From Fimbriosthenelais zetlandica (taxonomy: Eukaryota): 64,000 bases of DNA. Below, one piece after another: positions 10,501-20,203 of the stretch (the stretch's first letter is position 1; every line of letters begins with the position of its first letter). The notes beneath the pieces were generated by a model that was not told the DNA's origin, did not search any database, and saw only the letters and a list, made by a program, of their open reading frames with translations. The translations under genes were made by a program, and so were the position numbers. The stretch is taken from contig OZ365119.1 in assembly GCA_977030845.1 (NCBI GenBank), positions 8,122,001 through 8,186,000 on the forward strand. Direction: 5' to 3'.

Positions 10501-10987
10501 TCTGAGTGAGTCATTCGCATGTATGAGACATTAGGAAACAGGATTTGTGACGGTCACACATACATTTATTTGCATACGCCCCTTCCTATCTTTATGTGAA
10601 TATATATCTATAGATCTTTAAAGGGATACTATGGGGCGAACCCCCACTTGTGATCCTTCTCCCTCCCCAAAAAGATCCGCCATAGATATAAATATACTGA
10701 GACCTATATACCTATATATAGGGGTGCTCAGAATCACTACAATACCCCCGATACAAGGGTATATACACACTGTATATAGAAACTATATAAAGGTGCAATA
10801 TAACAAGGTTAACATGCTTAGATTTAAGCTAATGCCCCTTTAAACTTAAAGTCATAATTATGGCATATGCGAGAAAAAGCAATTGAAAGTATTGTGGAGG
10901 AATGTTTAAATGCCAAGTTCTTACCTGAATCATTAGTAGAATGACCAGACAGTGGACACAGGTCAAGGATGCCCCGCGGTCAGTCAT
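1343..10987 (-). CDS. Multi-exon gene: EGF x6 - IPT/TIG x3 (plexin-type) single-pass membrane protein with minimal tail, 732 aa
   Basis: Hand-spliced join of 10925-10987, 7317-7353, 7086-7193, 6684-6794, 6416-6547, 6069-6185, 5521-5664, 4939-5127, 4242-4386, 3886-4068, 3574-3682, 2788-3306, 1725-1892, 1343-1516. All introns are GT-AG and all phases are compatible. Total 2199 nt with no internal stop. Starts MTDRGASLTCVHCLVILLMIQIFVGTATG (signal peptide) and ends WGIIGGAIALGVIIIIAISICI-SRKCS*. Confidence 0.9.
1725..1892 (-). CDS. IPT3 exon (GEHLDVGISVTDYKVAIGLSECEDIQLFTDRLICQAPLEVPQLSPDHDRGDKYSVR)
   Basis: G..L......V.IG...C......L.C..P IPT motif, phase 0-0. Absent from the ORF track because it is under 60 aa and has no start codon. 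Confidence 0.9.
1893..2081. repeat. 21-bp minisatellite CTGAAATCACACATCAAACCA x9 abutting the IPT3 exon acceptor
   Basis: Eight identical copies plus one with a single change. On the minus strand each unit ends TGATTTCAG. Confidence 0.97.
2155..2418. mobile_element. 264-bp MITE with 75-bp TIRs, flanked by TATA on both sides
   Basis: 2155-2229 is the reverse complement of 2344-2418 with 4 mismatches. Ends are TATA|GAGG...CCTC|TATA. No ORF. Superfamily not determined. Confidence 0.9.
2788..3306 (-). CDS. IPT2 C-part with ~95-aa insert carrying RRKR and RKKR, then IPT3 start
   Basis: Acceptor TACAG|GTTTGC gives VCRDVFYDRMYCPTP...FFLGLKLDGIQGYRNLS...NPKFYPW...IEAK, then donor GTAAGG. 519 nt, phase 0-0. 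Confidence 0.9.
3574..3682 (-). CDS. IPT2 exon (SGGVILTIYGVSLNSVAAPELEVSMVYRGNLLQVFST)
   Basis: SGG..LT..G..L.SV..P plexin IPT motif, phase 2-0. Confidence 0.88.
3886..4068 (-). CDS. IPT1 C-half and IPT2 start exon (LSSNKVLVCETQP...TFLFKPNPAVDKVEPLDSII)
   Basis: Phase 2-2. F.F..NP.V..V.P..SI matches the plexin IPT junction. Confidence 0.88.
4242..4386 (-). CDS. IPT1 N-half exon (FKTQIESVWPLYGPLAGGTIIYINGTHLNYTEVVSIMIGTETCDYLE)
   Basis: I..V.P..GP..GGT.I.I.G..L is the IPT/TIG consensus of plexins and MET. Confidence 0.92.
4939..5127 (-). CDS. EGF6 exon with Tyr/Asp-rich loop between Cys1 and Cys2
   Basis: TC-TSDYDSYYYGGETGFDDGYYNQDYGNPDDY-CLFKGEC...CDCQNGYYGERC, phase 1-1. Confidence 0.9.
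5521..5664 (-). CDS. EGF5 exon (FPNGTTVRTSGCDSDPCQNNGVCQEQRNAAHIVCNCVPGWGGDFCET)
   Basis: CDSDPCQNNGVC...CNCVPGWGG..C, phase 1-1. Confidence 0.93.
6069..6185 (-). CDS. Calcium-binding EGF4 exon (DVDECAEFGCFNNGSCNNTFGDFSCTCPVNVTGQVCERR)
   Basis: D-V-D-E-C and CxNTxGxFxC calcium-binding EGF consensus, phase 1-1. Confidence 0.93.
6278..6388. repeat. Degenerate 11-bp tandem repeat (CATGATTTGGT), ~10 copies, intronic
   Basis: Read directly. Confidence 0.85.
6416..6547 (-). CDS. EGF3 exon (INLCAAMNCTNERQPCRVVEDDFGDMEAKCYCIPGYTGIRCEE)
   Basis: Six Cys, CxCxPGYTGxRC, phase 1-1. Confidence 0.92.
6684..6794 (-). CDS. EGF2 exon (VCEREMPCKNGGSCYARDDGTHFCECGYPWEGQNCT)
   Basis: PCxNGGxC...CxC.....G..C pattern, phase 1-1, donor GTAAGT. 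Confidence 0.92.
7086..7193 (-). CDS. EGF1 exon (GLDCAQGTIECDFGFCNDNNGQCVCFEGYTGIDCGI)
   Basis: Six Cys in EGF spacing, phase 1-1, GT-AG flanks. Confidence 0.9.
7317..7353 (-). CDS. Exon 2 of EGF-IPT gene (IFVGTATGNTTE, end of signal peptide)
   Basis: 37 nt, TTGTAG acceptor, AAG|GTAACT donor, phase 0 to 1. Confidence 0.8.
7486..9611 (-). mobile_element. Non-autonomous TIR DNA transposon, Ginger2/TDD-like, in intron 1 of the EGF-IPT gene
   Basis: Termini TGT...ACA flanked by a TATA 4-bp duplication (7482-7485, 9612-9615). TIRs are ~280 bp (7486-7761 vs 9325-9611) and the outer ~150 bp have 2 mismatches. An internal Cys-rich remnant resembles integrase-type transposase C-termini. The TIR element is certain; the superfamily is inferred. 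Confidence 0.8.
8263..8365 (-). pseudogene. Transposase C-terminal Cys-rich remnant RGSCISNKCCCKKAGLKCSPKCHPNTNACQNVF*
   Basis: C....C.C.K....C...CH.....C.N, which I recognise as the tail of rve-integrase-type (KRABA2/SCAND3-like, Ginger) transposases. No catalytic core is present. Confidence 0.6.
10925..10987 (-). CDS. Exon 1 of EGF-IPT gene (signal peptide N-part MTDRGASLTCVHCLVILLMIQ)
   Basis: ATG at 10987, phase-0 donor CAG|GTAAGA. Joins in frame to IFVGTATG to give a hydrophobic signal peptide. Confidence 0.8.
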
Positions 10988-11360
10988 GGCCCTGGTATAA
11001 ACTTCCTTTCTTCTATATATCCGCTCTCTCTCTCTTTCTATCTCTCTCTCTCTCTCTCTCTCTCTCGTCTTTAATTATTCCTTTCTGTGATTCTTTAAGT
11101 TTTCTCCAATAGAATCATTCCGTTCTTTTACTTTCTAATTGTCTTTTCCTCCTTGTTTATCCTTTTCACCCTCTATCTCCTTTTTCCCTTTCTCTTAAAT
11201 CTCCTTTTCTTTCTTTTCTTTCCTCTCTATCCTCTTTCCTGCTCGTGTGTCCTTCTCTGTTCAGCGGATCACGAGCCTGGTATGTTCTCTCTCTCTCTCT
11301 GGCTCTCCTCTACCATTCCCACCTCTGCCACGCATCACTGGTTTGCGTATTTCTGACCCT

Positions 11361-11400
11361 GTGACGTCACCGTATGCTTCTCTGCGTTTCCGGGTGCGCG
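11361..11400 (-). promoter_or_regulatory. Candidate promoter of the EGF-IPT gene: CRE palindrome GTGACGTCAC plus ETS-like CCGGAA in a CpG-rich patch
   Basis: Motifs lie ~380-410 bp upstream of the ATG. Motif match only. Confidence 0.4.
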
Positions 11401-11650
11401 TAGCTGTTTTGGATGGGCGACTCTGGTGATCACAGGCCCGTTACAGAAGACAACTGTCCATGTATACTTCACAATCAAGTCCTAATGTTAAGCAAAACTT
11501 TGTTTTGAAACGGGGTCCGTGGGGACTTTCCGTGATAGATTCTGTGTTCCTATTTTAAGAATTACACATATATACGGACCCTCTTTGTTATTTTTCCTGT
11601 GCGTGGGCTACCCGCTAACCCAGTGTCGCTACCATGCCGGATCTATTTCC

Positions 11651-11711
11651 CTTTACATAAATAATTAAAATACATCAAAGCCTTTGATGTATTTTAATTA
11701 TTTATGGAAAG
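11651..11711. repeat. Near-perfect 61-bp AT-rich palindrome (30-bp arms, 1-nt centre, 1 mismatch)
   Basis: CTTTACATAAATAATTAAAATACATCAAAG-C-CTTTGATGTATTTTAATTATTTATGGAAAG. Confidence 0.95.
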
Positions 11712-12020
11712 TTCTTTTCAAATTACAAATTGAACAATGTTATTTTTCAGTAACGTCTTAAGCAAAACAGTAAATTGTTAAACCACAACAAAGTGTGCCC
11801 TCTATGTTATCTTTGGGTGCATTATCTAACTTTTATTTTGAGTTGCATGGGGACAAATTACTGCCAACAAATCAAATAATATCTTTTAAATATTTTCTAA
11901 ATATTTAAATCTTATTTTCTAAATATATAACTCATTCTTTTTCTAATCAAAATTTCAGATGAGCAAATTGGTTAAATATTTCCTATTGATGATTTCAGAA
12001 ATTCAGAGGTGAAATATGCC

Positions 12021-12065
12021 GTGACGTCATCGTGGGGATGCCCGCGTCACGTGATCATGACGTCA
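12021..12065. promoter_or_regulatory. Cluster of CRE - E-box - CRE motifs
   Basis: TGACGTCA at 12022 and 12058, GTCACGTGAT at 12046. Confidence 0.35.
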
Positions 12066-12249
12066 TCAACCTCGTAGAGCCTGATTTGACCTACTTCCAG
12101 TCCAGGAGGTAAATTTGACTGGTTTTGAATCATTGAAACAGTGACTAGACTAGAGAAAAGCATGTTTAGACCTATTAGATCCGTATTTAACACATTTTAT
12201 ATTAGCTGATGTTATATGTTACAGCTGGGTTGTGAGGTGGGGAGTGAAG

Positions 12250-12345
12250 AATGGCTCAGGTGGTAGAGTGGTCGACTAGAATATGGCAGTTCCCTGGTTC
12301 AATCCATCAAGCCTGAAGAAGGCCTCATGCCAGGCTAAAACGTCA
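12250..12345 (+). mobile_element. tRNA-derived SINE-like head (Pol III A and B boxes) followed by a degenerate hammerhead-like core
   Basis: A box TGGCTCAGGTGG at 12252, B box GGTTCAATCC at 12296. Then CTGAAGA-AGGCCT-catgcc-AGGCT-AAAAC. No full cloverleaf. Confidence 0.45.
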
Positions 12346-12435
12346 TGATTACAACCCCTAAAACTGTATTTTGGGAATTGTGGTGTTTTTTCGATTTTTT
12401 AATTCTCCAAATTTGACTGGTGCTTAACCAGTAGT

Positions 12436-12540
12436 CTGACTGGCTTTCCTCGGACTGGCTTCCTCTGTCTGACTGGCTTTCTTATGACTGGCTTTCCTAT
12501 GACTGGTCTTCCAATGACTGGCTATTCTCAGACTGGGGAA
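12436..12540. repeat. ~15-bp degenerate tandem repeat (TGACTGGCTTTCCTA), ~7 copies
   Basis: Read directly. Confidence 0.8.
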
Positions 12541-13220
12541 GACAGCCAGTTGTTAGGGGTCTTTGTGAAGACATGGCCGTTTGTCTGACATGAAGCCTTC
12601 CTCACAGACTAAATGACTTATTTCAGCAGACATAATTTATTCTCTTTTTCCACTGGAGACGGCTTGGGGCGCTCCAGACGTCTGGCCGGGTGTCTGTGCC
12701 GGTCTCTAGGTGATTAAAGCTGGCTGATTTTCTCAAAGATGAAATGAGGGAAGGTAGAAAGGTGAGAGGGAAAAGAGGGAAGGACAGTAAGGGAAGGAGA
12801 GAGGGAGGGTCATAGCCAGTATAAACAGCCCTAACTCCATCTACCTTGGTAGAGATGGATACTCTGTGTATAAAACAAAAAGAAATTATAGAAATGGGAA
12901 GGGGAGAGGGAAAAGAGGGAGAGTGAGGGAAGGGGGTGTGAGCGAGGGAGGGACTTACTCCATCTGGTAGAGATGGATACTCCGTCTAGGAGGGACAGTG
13001 ATCGAGAGAAGGGAAAGGGGGAGAGATGCTGGGAAAGGGAGGTAGACGAAGAGGGAGAGAGGAATCAGGGAGAAAGATGGAGAGGCAGTGAGAGAAGGGA
13101 ATGGGATTGATCGAGAGATGTTGGGAAATGGAGAGAGATGGAGGGGGAGAGAGATTAGAATGGGATCGGAAACGGAATTAAGAGGTAAGAATAAAAGTTA
13201 TTGAATCAGAGAGTAATTGA

Positions 13221-13365
13221 NNNNNNNNNNNNNNNNNNNNNNNNNNNNNNNNNNNNNNNNNNNNNNNNNNNNNNNNNNNNNNNNNNNNNNNNNNNNNNNN
13301 NNNNNNNNNNNNNNNNNNNNNNNNNNNNNNNNNNNNNNNNNNNNNNNNNNNNNNNNNNNNNNNNN
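13221..13365. other. Assembly gap (N run) next to a long purine tract
   Basis: 145 N. Confidence 1.
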
Positions 13366-16300
13366 GGAACCAAAATTAGTTGTTGCTTGTTCCTAAAAAG
13401 AATCAACGTTTATCAAGGATATTTTTACCTTTTAAAAGCGCCTTTTTTTTGACAAATTGAGAAATTAGTCCTACGAAAAATGATATATTTCGTTGAAAAA
13501 AATTTGCGAGTGAAGTGAATCAGTCATATGAAAGTATTTACATTCTGCTGGGTCGCTAATTTATTTTCCATCGACCATTGTCATACATTCATCTACATGT
13601 ATACCCCTTATAGTTTCGAATCCTTTGCATACATCGATACCTCCGTGCAATGTGTCGTTTCTCCGGAATAAAACCCAGACTTTCCATTCCCCGAAAGGTC
13701 GAAATATTCAGATAAATGATTCTCTTAATCACCAACGGATCATTCAATCTCCAAAAGGCATAAACTTAAAAGGTCAATCATGTTCAGGATTCTGAAACTG
13801 TGATATGTTGCCATAACCAAATATCGTATAAAAACACATACAAAACACAAGTAAAAAATATCCCAACTGTCAGTGGCCTTCCCGCCTTTCCTCGTTCGTC
13901 CGCGCAAAAAAATACCGTCAATAGTTTGTATTTGTGTGGTTACTTTTCAACATAAGTCATTCCTATGTCATTTTCTCACAAATTAATGGATTCTTTTATT
14001 CTTGAAATTAAAAAAAAGACACTTGTTGATATTATTATGGGTGGTAATATGGGTGCATACCATATGTACTGCGTCACCCTTCTCATATCCCGGCGTTCCC
14101 CTCTCACTCCACTCTGTCTCTCCTCCGCCGCCACCATGCACCAACCGTCCTCTCTCTCTCTCAACCACCAACACCTCCGACTCCAGGTAAATTATCTACC
14201 TCACCCTCTCATTCCCCTCACTATTTCTTCCCCATTTCATTGAAAATCACTCTCAGAAACATCCCAGATGTGTCAGTGTACCAGATTTCCAAATGTGATC
14301 AAGTTGAATTGCTTTGTTTTGTCCGTTGGTTGCATGCTCGCTTCTTTTGAGTGTGGCATCGTTTTTTGACATATATCTCCCAGAAACGTTGGTAAAAACG
14401 CCGTTATTTTGTACTCTTTACACGGTATGTTGCATTAGAGATGAGGGTGAATTGTTCGGTGATATGTAGGGGTGACATTTGGTTACATGGCTGGGTTAAA
14501 TGTTTCTTTTTGCCCGGGTTTGAGATCTTTTCACGCACTGGAGGAGGGAGAGTTTGCGGTGGCCATGTTGGATCAGTTGGTGGCAAAACCGACAACACTA
14601 ACTCCCCCTCGTGGCGAAAATTAGCTACACGTGTTCAATTTCAAAACACTATCATTTAATTGAGATAATATTGCGACAATATCTTCATACTTATAACCGT
14701 AAAGTTTATATAACTTTGATTAGGAGTATTGAGAAGGAATCGATATGAGATCTCACCATCGTTCTGATATCCTTCCTACATTCCTGACTATTTTAATGAT
14801 AGCATACAGATTTAATCATTGACGCTCGTTCATATTATCTATCTTTATCTTAAAAATATACTTCATATCAATTATTTCCCAACTGGTATGAACATATACA
14901 CCTTCCAATACAGGAGTTTTGCTATCTTTGTTTGCAGTACATTCTTTGTGAATGGCTTTTTATGGGAAGCCACAACATGCGTCAGTGGCTTCCTCCTAAA
15001 GTCGCCATTGCCTATATATGTTTTAAGTTTAGGAACAGTTCAAATGTCACTAACCGTTGAGACATCCAGTAGGTCTTATGTTCAACACTAGAGGTCAGCA
15101 CCTATGTTAAAAAATCTAAAGTGGCGCCCCCCTCGGCCACGTTTTTTAAAATTTAAAATACGTTGCACCTTCGAAGGGAAGTTGGGCTTCCTTAATTAAG
15201 GCTATAGGACTATTTTGAAGTTTTGGGAGAATGTTTTCAACTTTTGAACTACCCTGTAAACACCCTGTATATAATTGGAGAGGTTTAAAACTGTATGTAC
15301 TGATTACTGGGACCAGGAGTGGGGCAAAAAACCGGACAGAGCGACATACATGATTCCAATAAGCGATATCCAGGTGCAGGTTCAAAAAACTCATACATTA
15401 TGTTTCAGTCCAATAACCTGTCTGAGCACAAGTGTAGATATTAATATAGGATGGGGGGATATCACCCGCCCCCCCCCCCCACCTCCCCCCCACCCCCCAA
15501 CCACCCACCCAGCACCTCCCAAACATGATCTCAAAGTAGTCCAGTGTGTCAGACATACTGTAATAAGAAAAATGAAAAAAAAGAAACGATAAGAGAGATG
15601 ACCAACAATAGGGGTGAGGGAGGGATGGATGGAGCCATAGACACTCTGTGCTGCATGCATTTTAAACACCTCATATTTTTTTTCCCTGGAATTTCTCGAG
15701 AGGTCTTGTGGTTAAAATTGACCTACACACCCCCCCTACACACACCTACGCACACACACTGGTTGTATGTATAATGGCTGTCTGGTCGCTGGCAGTTCTA
15801 ACACACACCAGACACACCACCAGGTGTTTTTTTTATTAGTGAGAAGCAGCAAGCTCTTGTCTGGTCTCCAGCCCACTCTGGGGGCCCCTGATACGCGCTC
15901 CTCGTTCCTTCCTGCACCGGGATAGGTACGTTGGATCCCAGTATACCTCACTTGCAATGATCATCTCCCTTCGTTGTGGGACACTTGCTTCTACCTGAGC
16001 TCGAGGTTTTTCCAATATGAGGACACCCGCCTTTACGAATCAAACCAATGACGGCTACTCTGAGCAAAACAGCGCATGCGCATCGGACATCTTTTCAACC
16101 AAGCATCACACCACCACCGGCTTAGCCGGGAAAGAATGGACGAGAATGGATATATGTAGGACAGAATATTTGTGCTTTTTACAAGAAGGAATGAGTTTCT
16201 TTACTTGTGCTACAGGGGAATGTCTGTCTGGTGGATATTGGGATCACTCTGCTCGATCCACCAACTTACCAGGCATTGTAGGCTACGACATGCCAACGTG

Positions 16301-18861
16301 TAGTCATACTTCGTAGGTGAGTCAGGGCTTGGACTCTCCAAACCTTAACAAAATGATTTATTTCTGATTTACATACATTTATTTTCAATATATATGAGGC
16401 ATTTGATGAAATATCTTCTGACAATAATGTTGTGAAACAAGTCTGGACCCTGATGCACCGGCGGTCCACTTTTGGCGGTGAGTTCACGAAGCTTCCCCGT
16501 CAGGCGCCATATTCTCGGAAGGTGGGACTAAGTTTTTGGGGACAAATCCTTGAGCACTCTTCTTGTCAGTTTAGACACAACAGTGATTCTCCATAAGGAA
16601 AGTGGCGTCATTCATATTGTACTAAAAACAGCATTTTTCTTATGTTGACTTTTTCTACAACTTAGGAAGTCTTTAAGGTAGTTGTCTATCGTAAATACAC
16701 AGTTTTCTATGTTTCACCCAACCTTTGTACTTTGATATGAAATGTATCGGCAAAATAGCCTAGAAATATGCAATGCGCAACACCATCTGTAATGGCGGTT
16801 TCAATGGTGACGCCACTATTTGGCATTCTTTCTTCGCCCTGTCACCGTATATGGGCAAGTAGTTTTTGGTGACGTTACATTCTAGTTTGACAGTAAACTA
16901 GGTCTCCATAAGAAAAGCCACATCCCTCCTGCTGTTGTCACTATTTTGCTATTGCCAACATTACATAAGGTGGAATATGATGGGATTTAGACAAAATATG
17001 CTGGAACTCAGTTATAGAAATACGCAAAACAATGTTGCACCGGCGGTTGACCATGGCGCTCCAAGCGGGAACGCTTGTCTTCCATTTTTACAGTTTCTCT
17101 ACTACGCGGGATTTCATGGCCAAAAACTGTCCTGTCTACTTTGTCTAGACTGTCAAAAGATGGTCCATGAAGAAAGTGACATCACTGTTTGGATCATAAC
17201 TTGACAGTACTTAGTATCTCCATGCCTCTGTCGACTTTCCGTGAATACTAGCATAGTTACAATCACTGTCAAGTTGACTCCTTGATATGGTAGTACTTTA
17301 CTTTCCTTTTCAGGATTACTAGTGTAGTTACCCTATGTACTAGATTAGCACTAGATAAACTGAAACTCAGATGGTTCACCTTGTGGTAATAAAGTAATCC
17401 ATTCATTATCATATTGTACTCAGAACAAAAAAACCTACTCCTTAGCAGTCATATCTCAAGAGGACATTGTATATTATTTTTAGCAACTTTTTGTTGCAAT
17501 TTGTCACGGTCGTTGTATCCATGCAGACAGTGCTCCAGTTCCAGGTTACATTGATCCTGTATCTGTGCATTACTGGCGTGAACCAGGCACTCCCTGTCAC
17601 TGACCCCAGTACTGGTATGCTGTTGTCAATAACAAAGGATTCTTGACCAACTGACTTCTATGTCAAAGCACTGGTTTTTACCTGACCAACACAATATATT
17701 ACCTTTATTTGATGCCAAGTATTCCTGACCAACAGTACTGACTAGGTAAAGGCTTGTATGACAATTCTGACTCAGGCTTTGGGCTATGACCTATCCATAT
17801 TGAGTCAGCCATGCAAACAAACTGACAAGTATGTGTGACCTACTTCCATGCATCTGACTTACTTTTCGTTGGGTATTCCCTGAAAAGCTTTTCTCATGAC
17901 ACAATTATTCCTTAGTTTATGAACTGATTTTGCCCAATACTTCATCGAGTGATCATGCCCTAATGTTTTTGACCCTTTATTCGCCAATGGTGCCCAATAA
18001 AAGATGCTAAACAGGGGAAAGTCCCCCTCGTGTGCTGTAATTGTGAACACTCCGCGTTTTGGGTCACCACACAGCTACCGGCGCACTACAGGGATGTAAC
18101 CCGGGATGTATAAACCCGAAAAGGCGAACCTGAATGATAGGTACTGTATAGGACAGCGTCCTGCAAAGAGGACAACCTTATTATGCTCTCCTGTCAAAGC
18201 TGTTTTAATAATATCTCTCTGCCACAGACAGTGAGGATATGGTGTCACTATTACACTTTCTTATATGGCTTCAGATAGAATGGAAATAGACGATGCCCTT
18301 AATATTGGCCATATACATGGTAGTCTCAGCATTCTGAACGCGTTTGGAGGTCTGCATTTTCTGTAATATGTTAATGTCTGTGGTGGGTTTTCAGGACATT
18401 TGTGGATAGTTTATAAAGTCCTTCATAAATTTACTATAATGGTATGCAAACGTGTCCTGTTGTATCTCAAATGTTGGCTTCATTTTCGATTTTTTCAAAG
18501 ACTTTAACGGCATTCGACCTCTTGGTAATTTCAGTATAGTATTCTGCTTACATTGAAACTATGCTTGGAGAATGTTTTGCTCTAGGTTGGAGGTTATCTT
18601 GGAGGATATTTTGCTATGGGTTGGAGGTTGGCTTACGTGATATTTTTGGTCTGGGTTGTCAAGAGGTTGGCTTCAAAATCTAATATTTAATCCAATGTAA
18701 TGCAATGCTGCTTTCATTTGGGAACATGTCAGTAGTCAGTGCGGCCGATCATCTGAGGCCTCTGACCTCCCTCCCCTTCCACGGACATAATTGACAGGAT
18801 AACTGTCAGCTAGTTGCCTGACAATATGCACGCCATATTGTTGTCCTGGTGATATTGGTCT

Positions 18862-18875
18862 GTTACTATGGCAAC
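18862..18875. promoter_or_regulatory. RFX X-box-like motif GTTACTATGGCAAC
   Basis: Near-consensus palindromic X-box. Target gene unknown. Confidence 0.35.
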
Positions 18876-19295
18876 AAGAAGGCATTGGTATAGATGTGAT
18901 TTTCCTGTCTAGACGAATCCATCAGGCATGTGAGAGGGAGAAAAAAGGACATGGGAGAGGTGGGAGAGAGGATGGGAGACCAGGCGAGGGAAGGGAAAGG
19001 GAAGTGGACGGTGAAGGGCAGGGGAAGGGAAGTAGAGAAGAAAGGGAGACGATTAGAGGGTTCATAGGTAGAAGGGGAAGGGGAGGAAAGCGTATATGAG
19101 GAAAGGAATAGGGAAGGAAGGGAGGTAGTGGGGAGAAGGGAAAGGAAGTTAAGCAGTGGAGGACAGGGAAAGGGAAGACAGGGAGAGAATGAGAGGGGTA
19201 GGAGAGTGGAAAGGAAAAGGGGAAGGAGGGAGAGTATTATCCGTTGGTGAGACTGTGAGAGGTTTTGGGGTTTGTGGGTGTGATGTATGGGTTTG

Positions 19296-19311
19296 ACACC
19301 AGGTGGCAGCA
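19296..19311 (+). promoter_or_regulatory. CTCF-like motif (ACACCAGGTGGCAGCA)
   Basis: Close to the CTCF core consensus CCACCAGGTGGCAGCA. Motif only. Confidence 0.3.
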
Positions 19312-20153
19312 GCTTATAACGGCAGGTATCCGGTAAATCATGATGATCAACCCGAGAACACCTAACCCAGGGTCACAATGTGGCGTGTACCCACTGCCAA
19401 CTCCCGTTCATTCTGGTTTACTCGGTGCACAGACCTTTCACACCGTCTTTCCAGGTCCACCCGCAGGTTCACTCGGTGCTGGGACTTTTGCTATGATAAT
19501 TGGGAAAGTAAGAGCTATATAATAGATCGAAGGCAATTTACCCAATATATATACAGCCGAAATACAATCAGTTAACCCATTGGTTCACAGTGGAGTTGCT
19601 TTGCTCAACATCGCAAATTGAAAGTTCGCTTTTTAACAATTTAACAGTAGATTTTCACCTTTTTAAAGAGTGCATGCCTGTCAAATCTAAAAAAAGATTA
19701 TGGAAATAATCTTTCTTCCAAAAGGCGATCGATTCTTTATGGCGCACGCTCTATCCCCGTTCTGGGAAAATAAGAAACTACCGGCCTACCAATGTATCAA
19801 CTGGTGCCCGGCCTTTGCCTGTATAAAATAGGCAGGTTACCAGGGAGTTTTCCCGTAGTCATGGCAACCTAGCGGAAGCAGACAGTTTAAAGAGGGGCTT
19901 GTCTGGTTGCTGGGGGGAGGAGGGGGAGGGGGGGGGGTGGGGCACTGTAAGGCTACCTATTGGTTGATGGGAGACGGGGGAGGGGGGAGGAGGGGGGGTG
20001 CAGGATGAGAGGAAGTCTTGCTTCTTATTATTGATCTGTACCAATGGTATTAGACAGGCTTTGTCACTGCTCTTCCTGAAGCCACAATTCTCTCTCTCTC
20101 TCCCTCTCTCTCTCTTGTTTTCTCTCTTGAAAGCTGTCTTTCTCTCTTGTTAC

Positions 20154-20203
<50 letters not shown>

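Noticed and set aside
12250-12310. Possible functional tRNA gene
   Set aside because: A and B boxes are present but no acceptor stem or anticodon arm can be built.
15080-15272. Tc1/mariner-like end (...ACACCCTGTATA)
   Set aside because: Only one terminus was found and it is too short to call.
16564-17207. Possible second TGT...ACA MITE
   Set aside because: The TIR match is loose and there is no target-site duplication.
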